A DNA stretch of 64,000 bases. Origin: Synechococcus sp. Lineage in GTDB: Bacteria; Cyanobacteriota; Cyanobacteriia; Thermostichales; PCC-7336. Position 1 is the first letter of the stretch. Every line of letters starts with the position of its first letter. The notes below the pieces were generated by a model. The model worked only from the letters and a program-made list of their open reading frames with translations, had not been told where the DNA came from and ran no database searches. The stretch covers positions 1 to 64,000 of the forward strand of contig JBFRWN010000081.1 of assembly GCA_051439605.1 (NCBI GenBank). Direction: 5' to 3'. This document shows positions 51,783 through 62,687 of this stretch, piece by piece. The position numbers and the translations under genes were made by a program.

Positions 51783-51890
51783 TTATGCAGGCTCGTTCTC
51801 GATCCACAAAAACAGGGTGACGATCGCAATCGCAGGCAAAACCAGACCAACAGAAAGAACCATATAAGGCTGAAGATAAGCTGCTGTCAT
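51783..51890 (-). CDS. psaI: Photosystem I subunit VIII PsaI
   Basis: MTAAYLQPYMVLSVGLVLPAIAIVTLFLWIENEPA; VGL..PA...LF..IE signature, convergent to psbEFLJ. Confidence 0.85.
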   Translation of the reverse strand: MTAAYLQPYMVLSVGLVLPAIAIVTLFLWIENEPA

Positions 51891-52051
51891 GAAAGCATCC
51901 TAAAAGAAAGTCACACCTGCCAAGGTATCACGGGGATTTCCAGGGACGAAAAAACGTTAAATCCTGTAACGCTCGACAATTGGGGAATTCTGTATAAGCT
52001 TGGCGCGAGCCTCGTTATTGTGATGGCAAAATTGAGAATCAGCCCTTTAAA

Positions 52052-53935
52052 TCAACGACTGTTACTGGGCGGATCGGGAAGCAGCAACGCACGAATCGTC
52101 CGGGCTGCTGACCGCTGTACCCACCGGGAAACGAGCTGTTGCCCTAATTCGCGGGCTTCAGGCTTCAAGGCAGCCTTGCCGATTGCAGGTAAGAACTTCA
52201 GGGGTTCAAAATTCCGATCTTTCTGCAACATTTTCCAAACCCGCTGTAGGTTCTCAATGCCGTCGCTACCACTGTTGTTAGAGGAGAAGACAATTCCGGC
52301 AATGCGTTCTCGAATGAAGGCCCCCCGCTCGGAGAGGAGAAAATCAAGGGCGCGATCTGCTGCTGTCTCTAGGTCGTAGTCTTCGCTGCTGCTGGCATTG
52401 CGCAGTAGATTTTCTAAACGATTCCAGCGGAACTCGCCCTCTCGAAACAGAACGTCTTGTAAGGATTTACGCAAGGCTGGCGCATCGTCACTCAATAAAC
52501 GATTGGCGATGTAAGGGTAGGCAACGCTCAAGACTTTAAAGTCGGGATCGATGCCGATGGCAATTCCCTCTAATGTCAGCAACGAGCGAATAATTAACGC
52601 GTAATAGGCAGGGACACGGAAGGGATATTCGTACATTACCGAAGACAGTTGGTCGGTAATGCTCTTGAAATTCAGTTCGCTGACGCTGGCTCCCATGGCG
52701 CTTGCAAAGACTTCTCCCAAGGCTGGAATGATGGGTGATAAGTCGGTTTCAGGGGTCAGAAAGCCCAACTCGACGTAATCGTAAGCCAACCCCTCAAAGT
52801 CACGATTGACCAAATGAACGATCGCATTAATCAGGCCGTAACGCTGATGAGGTAGAACATTACTCATCATGCCGAAGTCGAGATAGGCTAAGCGACCGTC
52901 TGGCATAGCCAGCAAGTTGCCAGGGTGGGGGTCGGCATGAAAAAAGCCATTTTCTAGGAGCTGGCGTAACGAGCAATTGACGCCGATTTCAATCAGCTCC
53001 CGACCATCTAGCCCTTGTGCCTCAATTTTTTCTAGCTCTGTCAACTTGGTACCATCAATCCACTCCATCGTCATGACTTTGCGACGGGTGTATTTCCAGT
53101 GAATGCGGGGAGTGTGAATGGCCGGATGGGCATAGAGGCGGCGGAACTTTTCTGCATTGCGACCCTCCTTTTGATAATCCATCTCTTCGTAGAGTTTGCT
53201 GGCAAACTCGTCTACGATCGCCACCAAGTCACTTTTGACGATAGAAAGATTTTGCTTTGCCCAATCCGCCAACAGACGAACAATGTAGATATCGATGGAG
53301 ATGCGATCGATCAGGTCGGGCCGCTGCACCTTAATGGCAACCTCTTCCCCCGTAGTGCGCAAATTCCCTTTGTACACCTGCCCCAAACTGGCGGCGGCCA
53401 CTGGGGTTGGAGTCAGGTTTTTATAAATTTCATCAGGTTTCGCCCCCAACTGCTCTTCTATGAGGTTGTAGGCAATCGAATTCGAGAAGGGTGGCAGTTG
53501 GTCCTGCAGCTTGGTGAGTTCCTCTAAAAAGACTGGGGAAACTAAGTCTGGACGGGTGGATAGGGCTTGACCGATTTTGATATAGGCAGGACCCAACTCC
53601 GTCAAGATTTCTCGCAATCTGATGGCATACCGTCGGCGACGGCGCTTGGATTGACCCAACAGGCGATCGAACTGAAACCGCAGAATCAAAAGCAAAAACG
53701 GCAACGCTACTGCAACGATGCGGTTGAAAATAGAGAAAAATTGACCCTCATAGCGCTCGGAGATTGCTTCTGGGTCGTATGGATCCTCCGGGGGAGAGTC
53801 TAGCCAGCGTTCGATATCTGCCGGGGATTTTAAATTTGCGTATCTCACAAATTCGTCTGGTTTGGATGCAACCAGGCGTAATGGCGAGGAACGTTCACGA
53901 CGAGTCACCGGAGGAGCGATGGGCGTAGCAGCCAT
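52052..53935 (-). CDS. ABC1/AarF/UbiB family atypical kinase
   Basis: LGPAYIKIGQALSTRPDL, AAASLGQVY, VAIKVQRP, FFHADPHPGN, LDFGMM. Confidence 0.95.
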   Translation of the reverse strand: MAATPIAPPVTRRERSSPLRLVASKPDEFVRYANLKSPADIERWLDSPPEDPYDPEAISERYEGQFFSIFNRIVAVALPFLLLILRFQFDRLLGQSKRRRRRYAIRLREILTELGPAYIKIGQALSTRPDLVSPVFLEELTKLQDQLPPFSNSIAYNLIEEQLGAKPDEIYKNLTPTPVAAASLGQVYKGNLRTTGEEVAIKVQRPDLIDRISIDIYIVRLLADWAKQNLSIVKSDLVAIVDEFASKLYEEMDYQKEGRNAEKFRRLYAHPAIHTPRIHWKYTRRKVMTMEWIDGTKLTELEKIEAQGLDGRELIEIGVNCSLRQLLENGFFHADPHPGNLLAMPDGRLAYLDFGMMSNVLPHQRYGLINAIVHLVNRDFEGLAYDYVELGFLTPETDLSPIIPALGEVFASAMGASVSELNFKSITDQLSSVMYEYPFRVPAYYALIIRSLLTLEGIAIGIDPDFKVLSVAYPYIANRLLSDDAPALRKSLQDVLFREGEFRWNRLENLLRNASSSEDYDLETAADRALDFLLSERGAFIRERIAGIVFSSNNSGSDGIENLQRVWKMLQKDRNFEPLKFLPAIGKAALKPEARELGQQLVSRWVQRSAARTIRALLLPDPPSNSR

Positions 53936-54167
53936 AAGGTTTGCTTTTGGTTTTTCTTTACACATCTTAACGTAGTCACTGGCAATCGATCGGATTGTTG
54001 CAAGAAGTTCACCCAGCAATGCAGTTGCCATTCCAATGGCGCATGCTGACTCTGATGCAGGAATGGGGCTAAGGCGGGAATAAGGATAATTTCGAGCGAT
54101 CGGCAGCGTTCCTTTGTTGATTTTTGTACATTAGGGAGCATCACCGAGACACTCAGAGAGATCGACT

Positions 54168-54752
54168 ATGGCGAAGGGTAATTGGCGTCGAATTCAATTG
54201 GGGCTGGCTTCATTGGGTGTGGGTTTGGCAGCAACCGTCAGCGTTTGCGCCCTTTCCACCCAAGCGAACCTCTCTGACCCCAACGAGCGTTACATCGCCA
54301 AGGTGTTGCGTGTGGTGGATGGCGAAACCTTAATGGTGCAATTTCTCGACAATGATGGAGAACCAGGGGGCATTCCCTTTAACGGCATCGTTAAGCTAGA
54401 ACTCTTGGGCATTGACGCTCCTCTAGAAGAGCAAATGCGATTTAGTTACTTTACCGGTCAATATTTGCAGGATCGGGTTAACCACCAAACTATCTATGTA
54501 GAGTTCCCCGAAGCACAGTTTGACGATAGCGACTTTCTTTCGGCCTACATCTGGGTCGGCGAGACGATGGTGAACGAGGAGATGCTGAGACTTGGCCATG
54601 CCTTGATTGAAGAGCCTTCTAGAGAGATCAGGTACGGACAGGAATTCTCTGCGGCGCAAGAGCTCGCCCAAAAGCGCGGGCTCGGTATTTGGAACTTTTA
54701 CAGTCCCTTACGGCAAACCCCGGCAGAGTTCCGCCAAACATTAGGTGGATAA
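54168..54752 (+). CDS. Thermonuclease (SNase) family protein, probably catalytically degenerate
   Basis: Signal/TM anchor, V.RVVDGET, LLGIDAP, VNEEMLR.G.A, A...AQ...LGIW. Confidence 0.8.
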   Translation: MAKGNWRRIQLGLASLGVGLAATVSVCALSTQANLSDPNERYIAKVLRVVDGETLMVQFLDNDGEPGGIPFNGIVKLELLGIDAPLEEQMRFSYFTGQYLQDRVNHQTIYVEFPEAQFDDSDFLSAYIWVGETMVNEEMLRLGHALIEEPSREIRYGQEFSAAQELAQKRGLGIWNFYSPLRQTPAEFRQTLGG

Positions 54753-54888
54753 AGCGTCAGGAGCAACAGCGTTGAGATGGGGGTAGTTGGCCGAGAGGTC
54801 AACAGCGCACGTGCCACGCTCATCAATCGCTCGACAGCAGTTATTACTGTAAGGTCTGCAGTTGGGGTTAGTGTCAGAGGGAATAGCG

Positions 54889-55842
54889 CTAAACCAAACG
54901 TTCTCCATGTTGTGCGTATACCCGAAATCCATCGGTGTATTGGATGGCGGGTTCACCATCTGCGTGGATGCGACGATCGCTGTCCAGAAGAAGATGGATG
55001 GGGCGATCGCAGACAATCGCAACGTGCTGGAAAGGGAGTACCCAACCGCAATGTTTGAGCAAATAGCGTAGCGCAAACCAGCGTTTTTCGGGGCAATCGA
55101 GCTGAAGAACGGAATAGAAAAAGTCCAGGTAGCCGCAATAACTCCCCCACAATTCTGGGGTGAGGCAATTAAATAGGGTCAGCCCTTGGTTGTTACCGAG
55201 TACCGCACCCCATAGGTCCCCGAGGTCGTCAGTTAGCTGGCCGTTGGCATCGTAGGCGTGAATTTCAACCGGCAGTTCGAAATAAGCCCGGGGGGAATTT
55301 CCAAACTGCAATAACATTTGGGTCAAGGGCTGTGCCCAAGGAAACTCGTCTTCTAGGGTTTGTCCACCCCCAATGGCCAGCGTTAAACCCACAAAATGAC
55401 GGGCACTAAATTGTGTTCCCAGTTGATTGCCCACCAGCGTCCCCAATGAGTTGTGAGGATCGGCATTCAGGTGCTGTAGGACTCGATCGCCTAACAATGG
55501 GCTAAGGGCATCGAGTTGGTCGAGCAAAATTTTGGATTGCAGCAGTTCGCCTACGGGTTTACCTAATCGACTCTTGTCGAGGGGACCAATGGTGTTTTGC
55601 AACAGCCGCAATACGGTATCGAACGCATGGAGCGGACTAGGACAATGAACGATCTCCGGATCTGGTAGCTCCGCGATCGCGTAGATCATTTTGACAGCTT
55701 CGCTGGCCTTAGCCCTAGCCCGGTCGAGAGCCGGTTGACCCACTGGATTAGTGGCTGCCAACGCAGCTTGTTTCCAGCGATCGCGATACCCGAATAGAAG
55801 GGCTTCTTGGGCAAGGGTGAGTCGATGGATGGGTTGAGGCAT
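54889..55842 (-). CDS. DUF6745 domain protein
   Basis: LT.AQEALL..Y..RW N-terminus; CGW..PF..VAIVCDRP..L.LD...R.HA.GEPAIQY.DG...YA.HG. Confidence 0.8.
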   Translation of the reverse strand: MPQPIHRLTLAQEALLFGYRDRWKQAALAATNPVGQPALDRARAKASEAVKMIYAIAELPDPEIVHCPSPLHAFDTVLRLLQNTIGPLDKSRLGKPVGELLQSKILLDQLDALSPLLGDRVLQHLNADPHNSLGTLVGNQLGTQFSARHFVGLTLAIGGGQTLEDEFPWAQPLTQMLLQFGNSPRAYFELPVEIHAYDANGQLTDDLGDLWGAVLGNNQGLTLFNCLTPELWGSYCGYLDFFYSVLQLDCPEKRWFALRYLLKHCGWVLPFQHVAIVCDRPIHLLLDSDRRIHADGEPAIQYTDGFRVYAQHGERLV

Positions 55843-56231
55843 AAGGGAGGAACAGCTCTGGAAGGATCGCCATTGACAGTAGCGAAGTGTTACAGTGGGC
55901 GGATAATGCTACGTCTCATTACAAGCCTTGGGTTCAGCTACTACATTATGGGATCGTTCCCAAGGTAACCGATCTAGCCTGCTTTAGGGGAGTCAATCCT
56001 CAGTCGGTCAGGCGAAAGCTTAACATCTGGAAGCTTGTGGATGGCAAATTCAGATGCATCTCGATCTCGCGTCCCGTCCAGTATCGAGATGATTTCTGCC
56101 ATTTATTTGTTCGCCTCATGAGATGAATGGGTCAAGCAAACCAACGATTTATGTAGAAGTTAAAGAACAAAAATAGCAGCTTCCGCTACCTATGCTAAAG
56201 TTGTCCCGACCCAGCGTTTGTTTCACACCAT

Positions 56232-59200
56232 ATGTATGTTAAACAGCTGGAGCTAACTCGGTTTAAGTCCTTCGGCAGCACCGTCACGATCCCTTTGATG
56301 GAGGGATTTACTGTGGTGTCTGGCCCTAATGGATCGGGGAAATCCAATATCATTGATGGCATTTTGTTCGCCCTCGGGTTGGCCTCTTCGCGGGGGCTAC
56401 GGGCGGAACGACTGCCGGATCTTGTCCACTCTGGCAGCCTCAGTAACGGTCGTCGCAAGACTGAGACACGTGTGTCCGTCATTTTCGGCATCCCTCATCC
56501 CAATGGGGAAGTTGTGGATTGGAAGGTCAGTCGGCGACTGCGAGTGGATCTATCCGCCGACAGCTACAGCAGCACTTACTACATTAATGACATTCCCTGT
56601 ACCCTGACCGAACTGCACGAGCAGCTGTCAGAGATGCACATTTATCCCGACGGCTACAACGTGGTCCTGCAGGGGGATGTGACTGGCATTATCTCCATGA
56701 ACCACCGCGAGCGGCGGCAAATTATTGACGAGCTGGCAGGGGTCGCTAACTTTGACCGCAAGATCGACCAGGCAAAAACCAAGCTGGAGGCGGTCCGGGA
56801 GCAAGAAGAACGCTCTGGGCTAGTGATGCGTGAGCTCGAGGAACAGAGCGAGCGCCTGATCAAAGAATGCGAGAAGGCCGAAAAGTATGGCCAACTGCGC
56901 CTGCAGCTAGAGGAATACGAGCTGTGGCGAGAGGAATTGACCCGGAGGCACGTGCGGCTGCAGATTCATCAGGCCCAACAGGAAATTGACGAAGCAAAGC
57001 AGGCGGAGACAGAGGCAGCCAAGCAGCTTGTAGAAGTCAATCAAGCGATCTCCAAAGATGAGTCGCTGTTGGAGGACCTGAATCAACAGGTACGCCAATT
57101 GGGGGAGGCGGAATACCTCGACCTGAAAAGTCAACTGGCCCAAGCCAATGCCAATCGCCAGCAGCAAACCGAGCGGATTCAGACTTGGACCCAAGAACGA
57201 GAAACGGCGTTGGCCGACATCGAAGCCGCTAACGCCCTCATTCAGCAGCTGCAGCAGGGGGCCAACGAACTCAACAGTCAACAGCACCATCTAGAACAAC
57301 AGCAGCCTCAGTTAGAGTCTCAGCGACAAGGCCGTCAGCAGGCTTTGGAGACTGCGAGATCGCAAATGCAGGCGATTGCACAGTCCTCCGATGCTTGGGC
57401 CAAGCAGCACAAATACATCACTGAGCAACTGCATCAAAATCGCCAACTGGCCGAACCTTTAGAGCAGAGTCGCATTCGCCTCACGGAACGCATCCAGCAA
57501 ATGGAACGGTTACAGGCGGAAGGGGAAACGGAACTGGAACAATTGGCAGCCTGGCTGGCGGAACGGACGGAGTTGGGTAAGACACTGTCTGCCAAAAACG
57601 AGGCCGCCGAGGTAGAGACGCAGGAGCTGGGTCAGGCGCTGGCTGCACTGCAGGCGGAACTGGAGACCAATCGGGCCACCGCTGAGCGATTGCGTAGCGA
57701 GTGGCAACAGCAGCAGCGCTTACTGGACCAGCTAGAAACTCGCCAGCAGGTACTACAGGAAACCCGAGGCTCGCGGGCGGTGAAAACGATTCTGGAGTCC
57801 GGTCTCGAAGGGGTGTGCGGTCTGGTGGCGCAGTTGGGGCAAGTGGCCCCTGACTATCAACTCGCACTAGAGATCGCAGCTGGTAGCCGCCTGAGCAATG
57901 TGGTGGTGGATAACGACGATGTAGCGTCGCGGGCGATCTCGATTCTGAAGCGGCAGAAGGCCGGAAGAGCCACGTTCTTGCCCCTGAATAAAATTCGCGA
58001 AGCTCGGCCACTCCCCATGCGTCGCCTACCGGGGGCGGTGGATTACGCCCTCAACCTGGTCGAGTTTGACGATCGCTACCGGGATGTCTTCGCCTATGTG
58101 TTCGGCCAAACTCTCGTGTTTGAGTCCCTCGATCGAGCTCGCAGTTGCATTGGCCAGCACCGCATTGTCACGCTTGAGGGGGAACTGCTGGAAACTTCTG
58201 GAGCTATGACTGGAGGGACCAACAAGCAGCGCCAAAGCCTCCATTTTGGAGCCACCGAATCGAACGAGATTGTGGAAGTCCGTCGCCGCTATGACGATTT
58301 AACCGAGCTGCTGAATACTATTGCTCCCCGCATCAAGCAGCAGCAGGAGCGGGTTAAGAGCTTAACCGCTGAATTCAACGCTGCCCGCGATATTGCCCGC
58401 ACCGCCCACACTGAATACGAGCGGCACCAGGCTGCTATTCAATCGCGCCAAGAACGCTACGAGCTGTTGCAGGCTGCCTCCAGCCAGCAAGACGAGGTAG
58501 AGGCATGCCGCCAAGAGCTGGAGCGCTGCACCACTGAACTCGCCCCCCTCAGCGATCGCATACGCGACCTGAACGAGAAGCTGCAGCAGTTAGAGCAGTC
58601 CTCCCTCAGTCAGCGCTGGCAGGAAATGCAGTCGGAGGTGCAGCAGGCAGAGCAAGCGTTGCAAGCCAGCGAGCAGGCCCTGAGGGATCTGGAGCGGCAG
58701 CAACAGGAGCTTGAGTCCCAGAAGCAGCTCAGCGGCGAAAAAGTACGGCAACAGGAGGCCCGCATCCAGGAACTGCAGCAGCGGGGGGCAGAATACCTGC
58801 GGCAGTGCGATCGAATGAGAGAGCAGGTGGAGGAAACCGACGCCGGAATCGCTCAACTGGAAGCCCGTATTGAAGTGATATCGAAGCGTTTGCAAGAGAC
58901 TAAAGAAAAGCGGGACCAGCAAGACTTGCAGGTGCGATCGCGCCAACAACAGGCCCAGCGTCTGGAGTGGGAGAAACATGCCTCAGTCACCAAGCAGCAG
59001 GAGAAACTGGAGCTTCGACAGCACTTGGAGCAGCAGCTAGAGGAACTGATTGCAGCCAACGACCTGCCCCAACAGGAAGTGCCTGAAGATCTGACACTAG
59101 ACAGTTTGCAATCTAGAATTAAGCGCACCGAATCCAAGTTGCGGGCGTTGGAGCCGGTCAACATGCTGGCGATCGATGAGTTCAATGCCACTCAAAAGCG

Positions 59201-59750
59201 CTTGGATGATATGCGCAACAAGTTAGAAACCCTGAACGCAGAGCGCACCGAACTGCTCCTGCGAATCGAAAACTTCACCACCCTGCGTACTCAGGCATTT
59301 ATGGACGCTTTCCGGGCGGTGGACGAACATTTCCGGGATATTTTTGCTCAGCTGTCCGACGGAGATGGACATCTGCAGTTGGAAAATCCAGAAGATCCAC
59401 TCTCTGGTGGACTGACGCTGATTGCTCACCCCAAAGGCAAGCCAGTCCGCCGTCTCAATTCCATGTCAGGGGGAGAAAAGTCCCTCACCGCCCTCAGTTT
59501 CATTTTTGCCCTGCAGCGGTTCCGTCCCTCGTCGTTTTATGCCTTAGACGAGGTGGACGCATTCCTTGATGGGGGTAACGTAGAAAAGCTGGCTGCCATG
59601 CTGCGCAAGAACTCCGAACAGGCTCAGTTTGTCGTCGTCAGCCACCGCCGCCCAATGATCGAACGCTCCGAGCGCATCATCGGTGTGACACAAGCACGCG
59701 GAGCTTATACCCAAGTGGTTGGAGTACAAAACTCCGCACAAATTGCTTAA
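56232..59750 (+). CDS. smc: Chromosome segregation protein SMC
   Basis: FKSF, GPNGSGKSN, hinge GRATFLPL, PVNMLAI, MSGGEKSL, LDEVD. Confidence 0.99.
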   Translation: MYVKQLELTRFKSFGSTVTIPLMEGFTVVSGPNGSGKSNIIDGILFALGLASSRGLRAERLPDLVHSGSLSNGRRKTETRVSVIFGIPHPNGEVVDWKVSRRLRVDLSADSYSSTYYINDIPCTLTELHEQLSEMHIYPDGYNVVLQGDVTGIISMNHRERRQIIDELAGVANFDRKIDQAKTKLEAVREQEERSGLVMRELEEQSERLIKECEKAEKYGQLRLQLEEYELWREELTRRHVRLQIHQAQQEIDEAKQAETEAAKQLVEVNQAISKDESLLEDLNQQVRQLGEAEYLDLKSQLAQANANRQQQTERIQTWTQERETALADIEAANALIQQLQQGANELNSQQHHLEQQQPQLESQRQGRQQALETARSQMQAIAQSSDAWAKQHKYITEQLHQNRQLAEPLEQSRIRLTERIQQMERLQAEGETELEQLAAWLAERTELGKTLSAKNEAAEVETQELGQALAALQAELETNRATAERLRSEWQQQQRLLDQLETRQQVLQETRGSRAVKTILESGLEGVCGLVAQLGQVAPDYQLALEIAAGSRLSNVVVDNDDVASRAISILKRQKAGRATFLPLNKIREARPLPMRRLPGAVDYALNLVEFDDRYRDVFAYVFGQTLVFESLDRARSCIGQHRIVTLEGELLETSGAMTGGTNKQRQSLHFGATESNEIVEVRRRYDDLTELLNTIAPRIKQQQERVKSLTAEFNAARDIARTAHTEYERHQAAIQSRQERYELLQAASSQQDEVEACRQELERCTTELAPLSDRIRDLNEKLQQLEQSSLSQRWQEMQSEVQQAEQALQASEQALRDLERQQQELESQKQLSGEKVRQQEARIQELQQRGAEYLRQCDRMREQVEETDAGIAQLEARIEVISKRLQETKEKRDQQDLQVRSRQQQAQRLEWEKHASVTKQQEKLELRQHLEQQLEELIAANDLPQQEVPEDLTLDSLQSRIKRTESKLRALEPVNMLAIDEFNATQKRLDDMRNKLETLNAERTELLLRIENFTTLRTQAFMDAFRAVDEHFRDIFAQLSDGDGHLQLENPEDPLSGGLTLIAHPKGKPVRRLNSMSGGEKSLTALSFIFALQRFRPSSFYALDEVDAFLDGGNVEKLAAMLRKNSEQAQFVVVSHRRPMIERSERIIGVTQARGAYTQVVGVQNSAQIA

Positions 59751-59849
59751 GGTTCTAGGAAGCAAAAACACTAGTCAGCAAAAACAGGAGAACTCCAAGC
59801 TCCAGTTCCAGCCAAGATGACCAAACGGTAAAAATGAGACATCGCCGGA

Positions 59850-59969
59850 CTACTCTTCCTCAGAGAAGCTACCGCCGTTCCATACCCATAGAATGCCGTA
59901 GCCTAAGGCTATGCCAGCAACGGTCAGAGCAAATGCCAAGCCTGCAACAGAGAAGATCTCGCCAGCCAT
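59850..59969 (-). CDS. petM: Cytochrome b6f complex subunit PetM
   Basis: Manual translation [44 protein letters not shown]...L...G.A.G. Confidence 0.8.
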   Translation of the reverse strand: MAGEIFSVAGLAFALTVAGIALGYGILWVWNGGSFSEEE

Positions 59970-60103
59970 TTATATTACAGTCCTTTTAAAATGTGTATTC
60001 GATTCGTACATCAGCATATAGGGTTTTCTGCCGATTTCGATAGCTCTTGTGGGTGCCTAGCCTGGAAAACGTTACCAGCCGAGATTGCTAACAATCGGCA
60101 GAA

Positions 60104-60406
60104 TCAGGGCAGGTCCCCTTCAGCGATTTCGTTATCGTTCACCAGCAGCACAACCGTGTTGTAGAGACTGATATCGGCGCTGTCAGGCAGAGTGAGATCG
60201 AACGAGCCACTGTTGCCCGAAAGACTGCCCAGATCGATGGTGCGACGGCTCAAATCGCCATCTTGAGTCAGGTACACCGCTATTAAGGGAGCATCCACAT
60301 CCGTTTGTAAATCCTTGATGGCGAGGCTGGCCCCCACACCTGCAACAAACGCGACCGACACATTGCCGGAAACGGCGTGATTGTTTAAACCGGATAGGGC
60401 TCCCAT
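60104..60406 (-). CDS. DM13 domain-like protein
   Basis: H.VSG.V, P.I.VYL, IDLG.L...SG....LP...D...YNTVV; GGAG RBS before ATG 60406. Confidence 0.65.
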   Translation of the reverse strand: MGALSGLNNHAVSGNVSVAFVAGVGASLAIKDLQTDVDAPLIAVYLTQDGDLSRRTIDLGSLSGNSGSFDLTLPDSADISLYNTVVLLVNDNEIAEGDLP

Positions 60407-60604
60407 GCTTTTCTCCGCGAGCTGCAACGAACGGCTGCATCATACCTCGTCCGCTAGCTTGTTTCATTAGCTTTCTTCATGCTGTGGCTCGAACAGTGAT
60501 GAGCCCCTCATTCCGGTTAGACTTGCTCGCGATCGCAATGCATCTTTACGGTGTTTTCCAGTTTTGACCCGGTCTATTTCCAGACGTAGAGGGGTCGCCG
60601 ATCG

Positions 60605-62482
60605 CTATTGACAGCGATAGAGCGTAAATCGATAGCCTGGCACCTTGCGATTAAAATCTTCATCCCGACTGCAGCCCCGCGAGTCTAGGCTAACTGGGGC
60701 TTTAAACTGCACTAGCCAGAGCTCTAGCGGGCGCGGCAAGTCTTCTAGCGTTTCGTAAAGAACGTTTGAGGCAACACTGTCATCCTCATCCTTGTGGGCC
60801 AGCAAAAAATGCAGCTCTATGTCATTGTGCTTGGACAAATCTTCCCCTACAGAGTTCTGACTGCCTTCAAGCATTCTATCCAGAGGCTGATTGGGTAGTA
60901 GACGAGTAAATTCCCAGCCAAGACCCATCATGTCCCCCGTTTGCGTGTGGCTTTTATGCACGTTTGCCACCAGCATCGGTACCCCTGTCTGGTGGGCCTC
61001 CAACATGACGGGAACGACGAGGTCCGAGCGAGCGGGCTTTTGATAGGCGAAGTTGAGCACCACCGACATGCAGCCCACTAATCCTCCAGTGGCCAATACA
61101 GCTCCCATCCAACGGAAATTCCGACTCGAGCGAGAATCGGTCTTTGTTGTCCATTGCCCAGTTTGCTGGTCGATTGTACCGACCTGTCTCGTAAGTTGAG
61201 CCAGGGCAGCCCCCACCAGCGCCATGAAGGCCGGGTACATCACAAATTGGTAGCGGGGGGCCAACGTCAGATCGGCGCCAAACCAGTAGGCAACCCCCAA
61301 AACGATCGCCACCGTTGCCCAACAATACCCCCCCAACAGCATCACCGTTGACCGGCTCTCCAGTTGCAGCCACAGCTGGCGCAGTCCGCGCCCAATGGCC
61401 ACAACACCAACAGCGATCGTACCTAGCAGAAAGAGCCCCGACAACACCGTCACCCACCAGGGAACCCCCTGCACCGGAGCCATGAGCACCATCGTCAGGG
61501 TCCAAGTCACTATCCGCAGCGGGGCTTCCCACAGGGTTTGCCATGATGGGGATTTGAATAACCAGTCAGTCAGCCGTTCGTCTGACGAAGTATTGCGCAA
61601 TGGCAGCAGCCAAATGGCTCCCGCAGCTGCAGTCACCACTGTCACCCACCCCAGACGAACCATTGTCAAAGTCGGAAGTCCGAGTGCCCCGCCCTTCCGA
61701 CGAGCGTCCAGCCATACATCAATGAGGATTCGCAAGAGCACTGCCGCCTCGGCCAACATTGCCAGTGCCACAAACGAGTGGGTTGCCAGCCCCAACGCAT
61801 TACAAACAGCCCATCCTACTGCTACTGCGCGGGGAAGAGGTGCTTGACGGAAGAGTGTCCTCACGGCGATCGCCAGGCAGGTGAGGGATAGCGTCACCCA
61901 AACGATCGCTAGAGTGTAATGACGATTTTCCTGGGCGAGATACACCCCAAAGGGAGAAAGGGCGCAGAAGGCCGCAGCATACAGTCCTGCCCGCTGCGAT
62001 CGAAAGCTAACCCACGTCAGGAGAAACAGGCTGGGGATCCCGAGGACTCCAAACCCCGCGCTCAACAGCCTTGCTTGGGCGATCGAGACAGGTTGCAGCC
62101 AGCCAGGTTCGCTCGCAGCAGTCTGCCCGATAGACAGCATTTTGAGCCAGGGATGGAGCAGCACAAAATATAGGGGAGGATGGTTGCTTTCCGCCATCAA
62201 CGTCCGCACGGAATCCTGAGGGGACAGCGTCCAGTCAACGGTCATGGGGTGAAGTAATTGCCCCAAGGAAATGGGCGTATCGAGCGGAATACCTAAATAG
62301 CCGTGACCCAGACCGAACACCAGAGTGGACCATTCGTCCGCCCAGATGGTTTTTGACCCCAACTGCAAGCATCGCAGCAGTCCTCCCACAACGATCCAAA
62401 CTGTTAGCCACAGCCACGTGGAGGGGGGAGCTGGAGTTTTTACCAGGGAACTTGTGGTGCTGCTAGGACTGCTGGATGCCAT
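60605..62482 (-). CDS. GT-C fold membrane glycosyltransferase (GT39/PMT-like)
   Basis: IWADE, ESNHPPLYF, RLLSA, SPFGVYLAQENRHY, RY motif, many TM helices. Confidence 0.88.
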   Translation of the reverse strand: MASSSPSSTTSSLVKTPAPPSTWLWLTVWIVVGGLLRCLQLGSKTIWADEWSTLVFGLGHGYLGIPLDTPISLGQLLHPMTVDWTLSPQDSVRTLMAESNHPPLYFVLLHPWLKMLSIGQTAASEPGWLQPVSIAQARLLSAGFGVLGIPSLFLLTWVSFRSQRAGLYAAAFCALSPFGVYLAQENRHYTLAIVWVTLSLTCLAIAVRTLFRQAPLPRAVAVGWAVCNALGLATHSFVALAMLAEAAVLLRILIDVWLDARRKGGALGLPTLTMVRLGWVTVVTAAAGAIWLLPLRNTSSDERLTDWLFKSPSWQTLWEAPLRIVTWTLTMVLMAPVQGVPWWVTVLSGLFLLGTIAVGVVAIGRGLRQLWLQLESRSTVMLLGGYCWATVAIVLGVAYWFGADLTLAPRYQFVMYPAFMALVGAALAQLTRQVGTIDQQTGQWTTKTDSRSSRNFRWMGAVLATGGLVGCMSVVLNFAYQKPARSDLVVPVMLEAHQTGVPMLVANVHKSHTQTGDMMGLGWEFTRLLPNQPLDRMLEGSQNSVGEDLSKHNDIELHFLLAHKDEDDSVASNVLYETLEDLPRPLELWLVQFKAPVSLDSRGCSRDEDFNRKVPGYRFTLYRCQ

Positions 62483-62687
62483 GCACTGCGGGGATAGGGG
62501 ACAGAACATCGTCAGTGTAGGCGATGGATAACTGTTGCAGCATTCAAACAAGTCTGAAGAACTATCCTCAAAGATTCACCTCGATCGCGACCTTTCAATG
62601 CATCGCAGCACAATAGAGATAGAGCGCTCCAGTTCTTTGCATACCTCGTCCCATAACCAGTCTGGATACCTTGTGGAGGTTCGTCTC

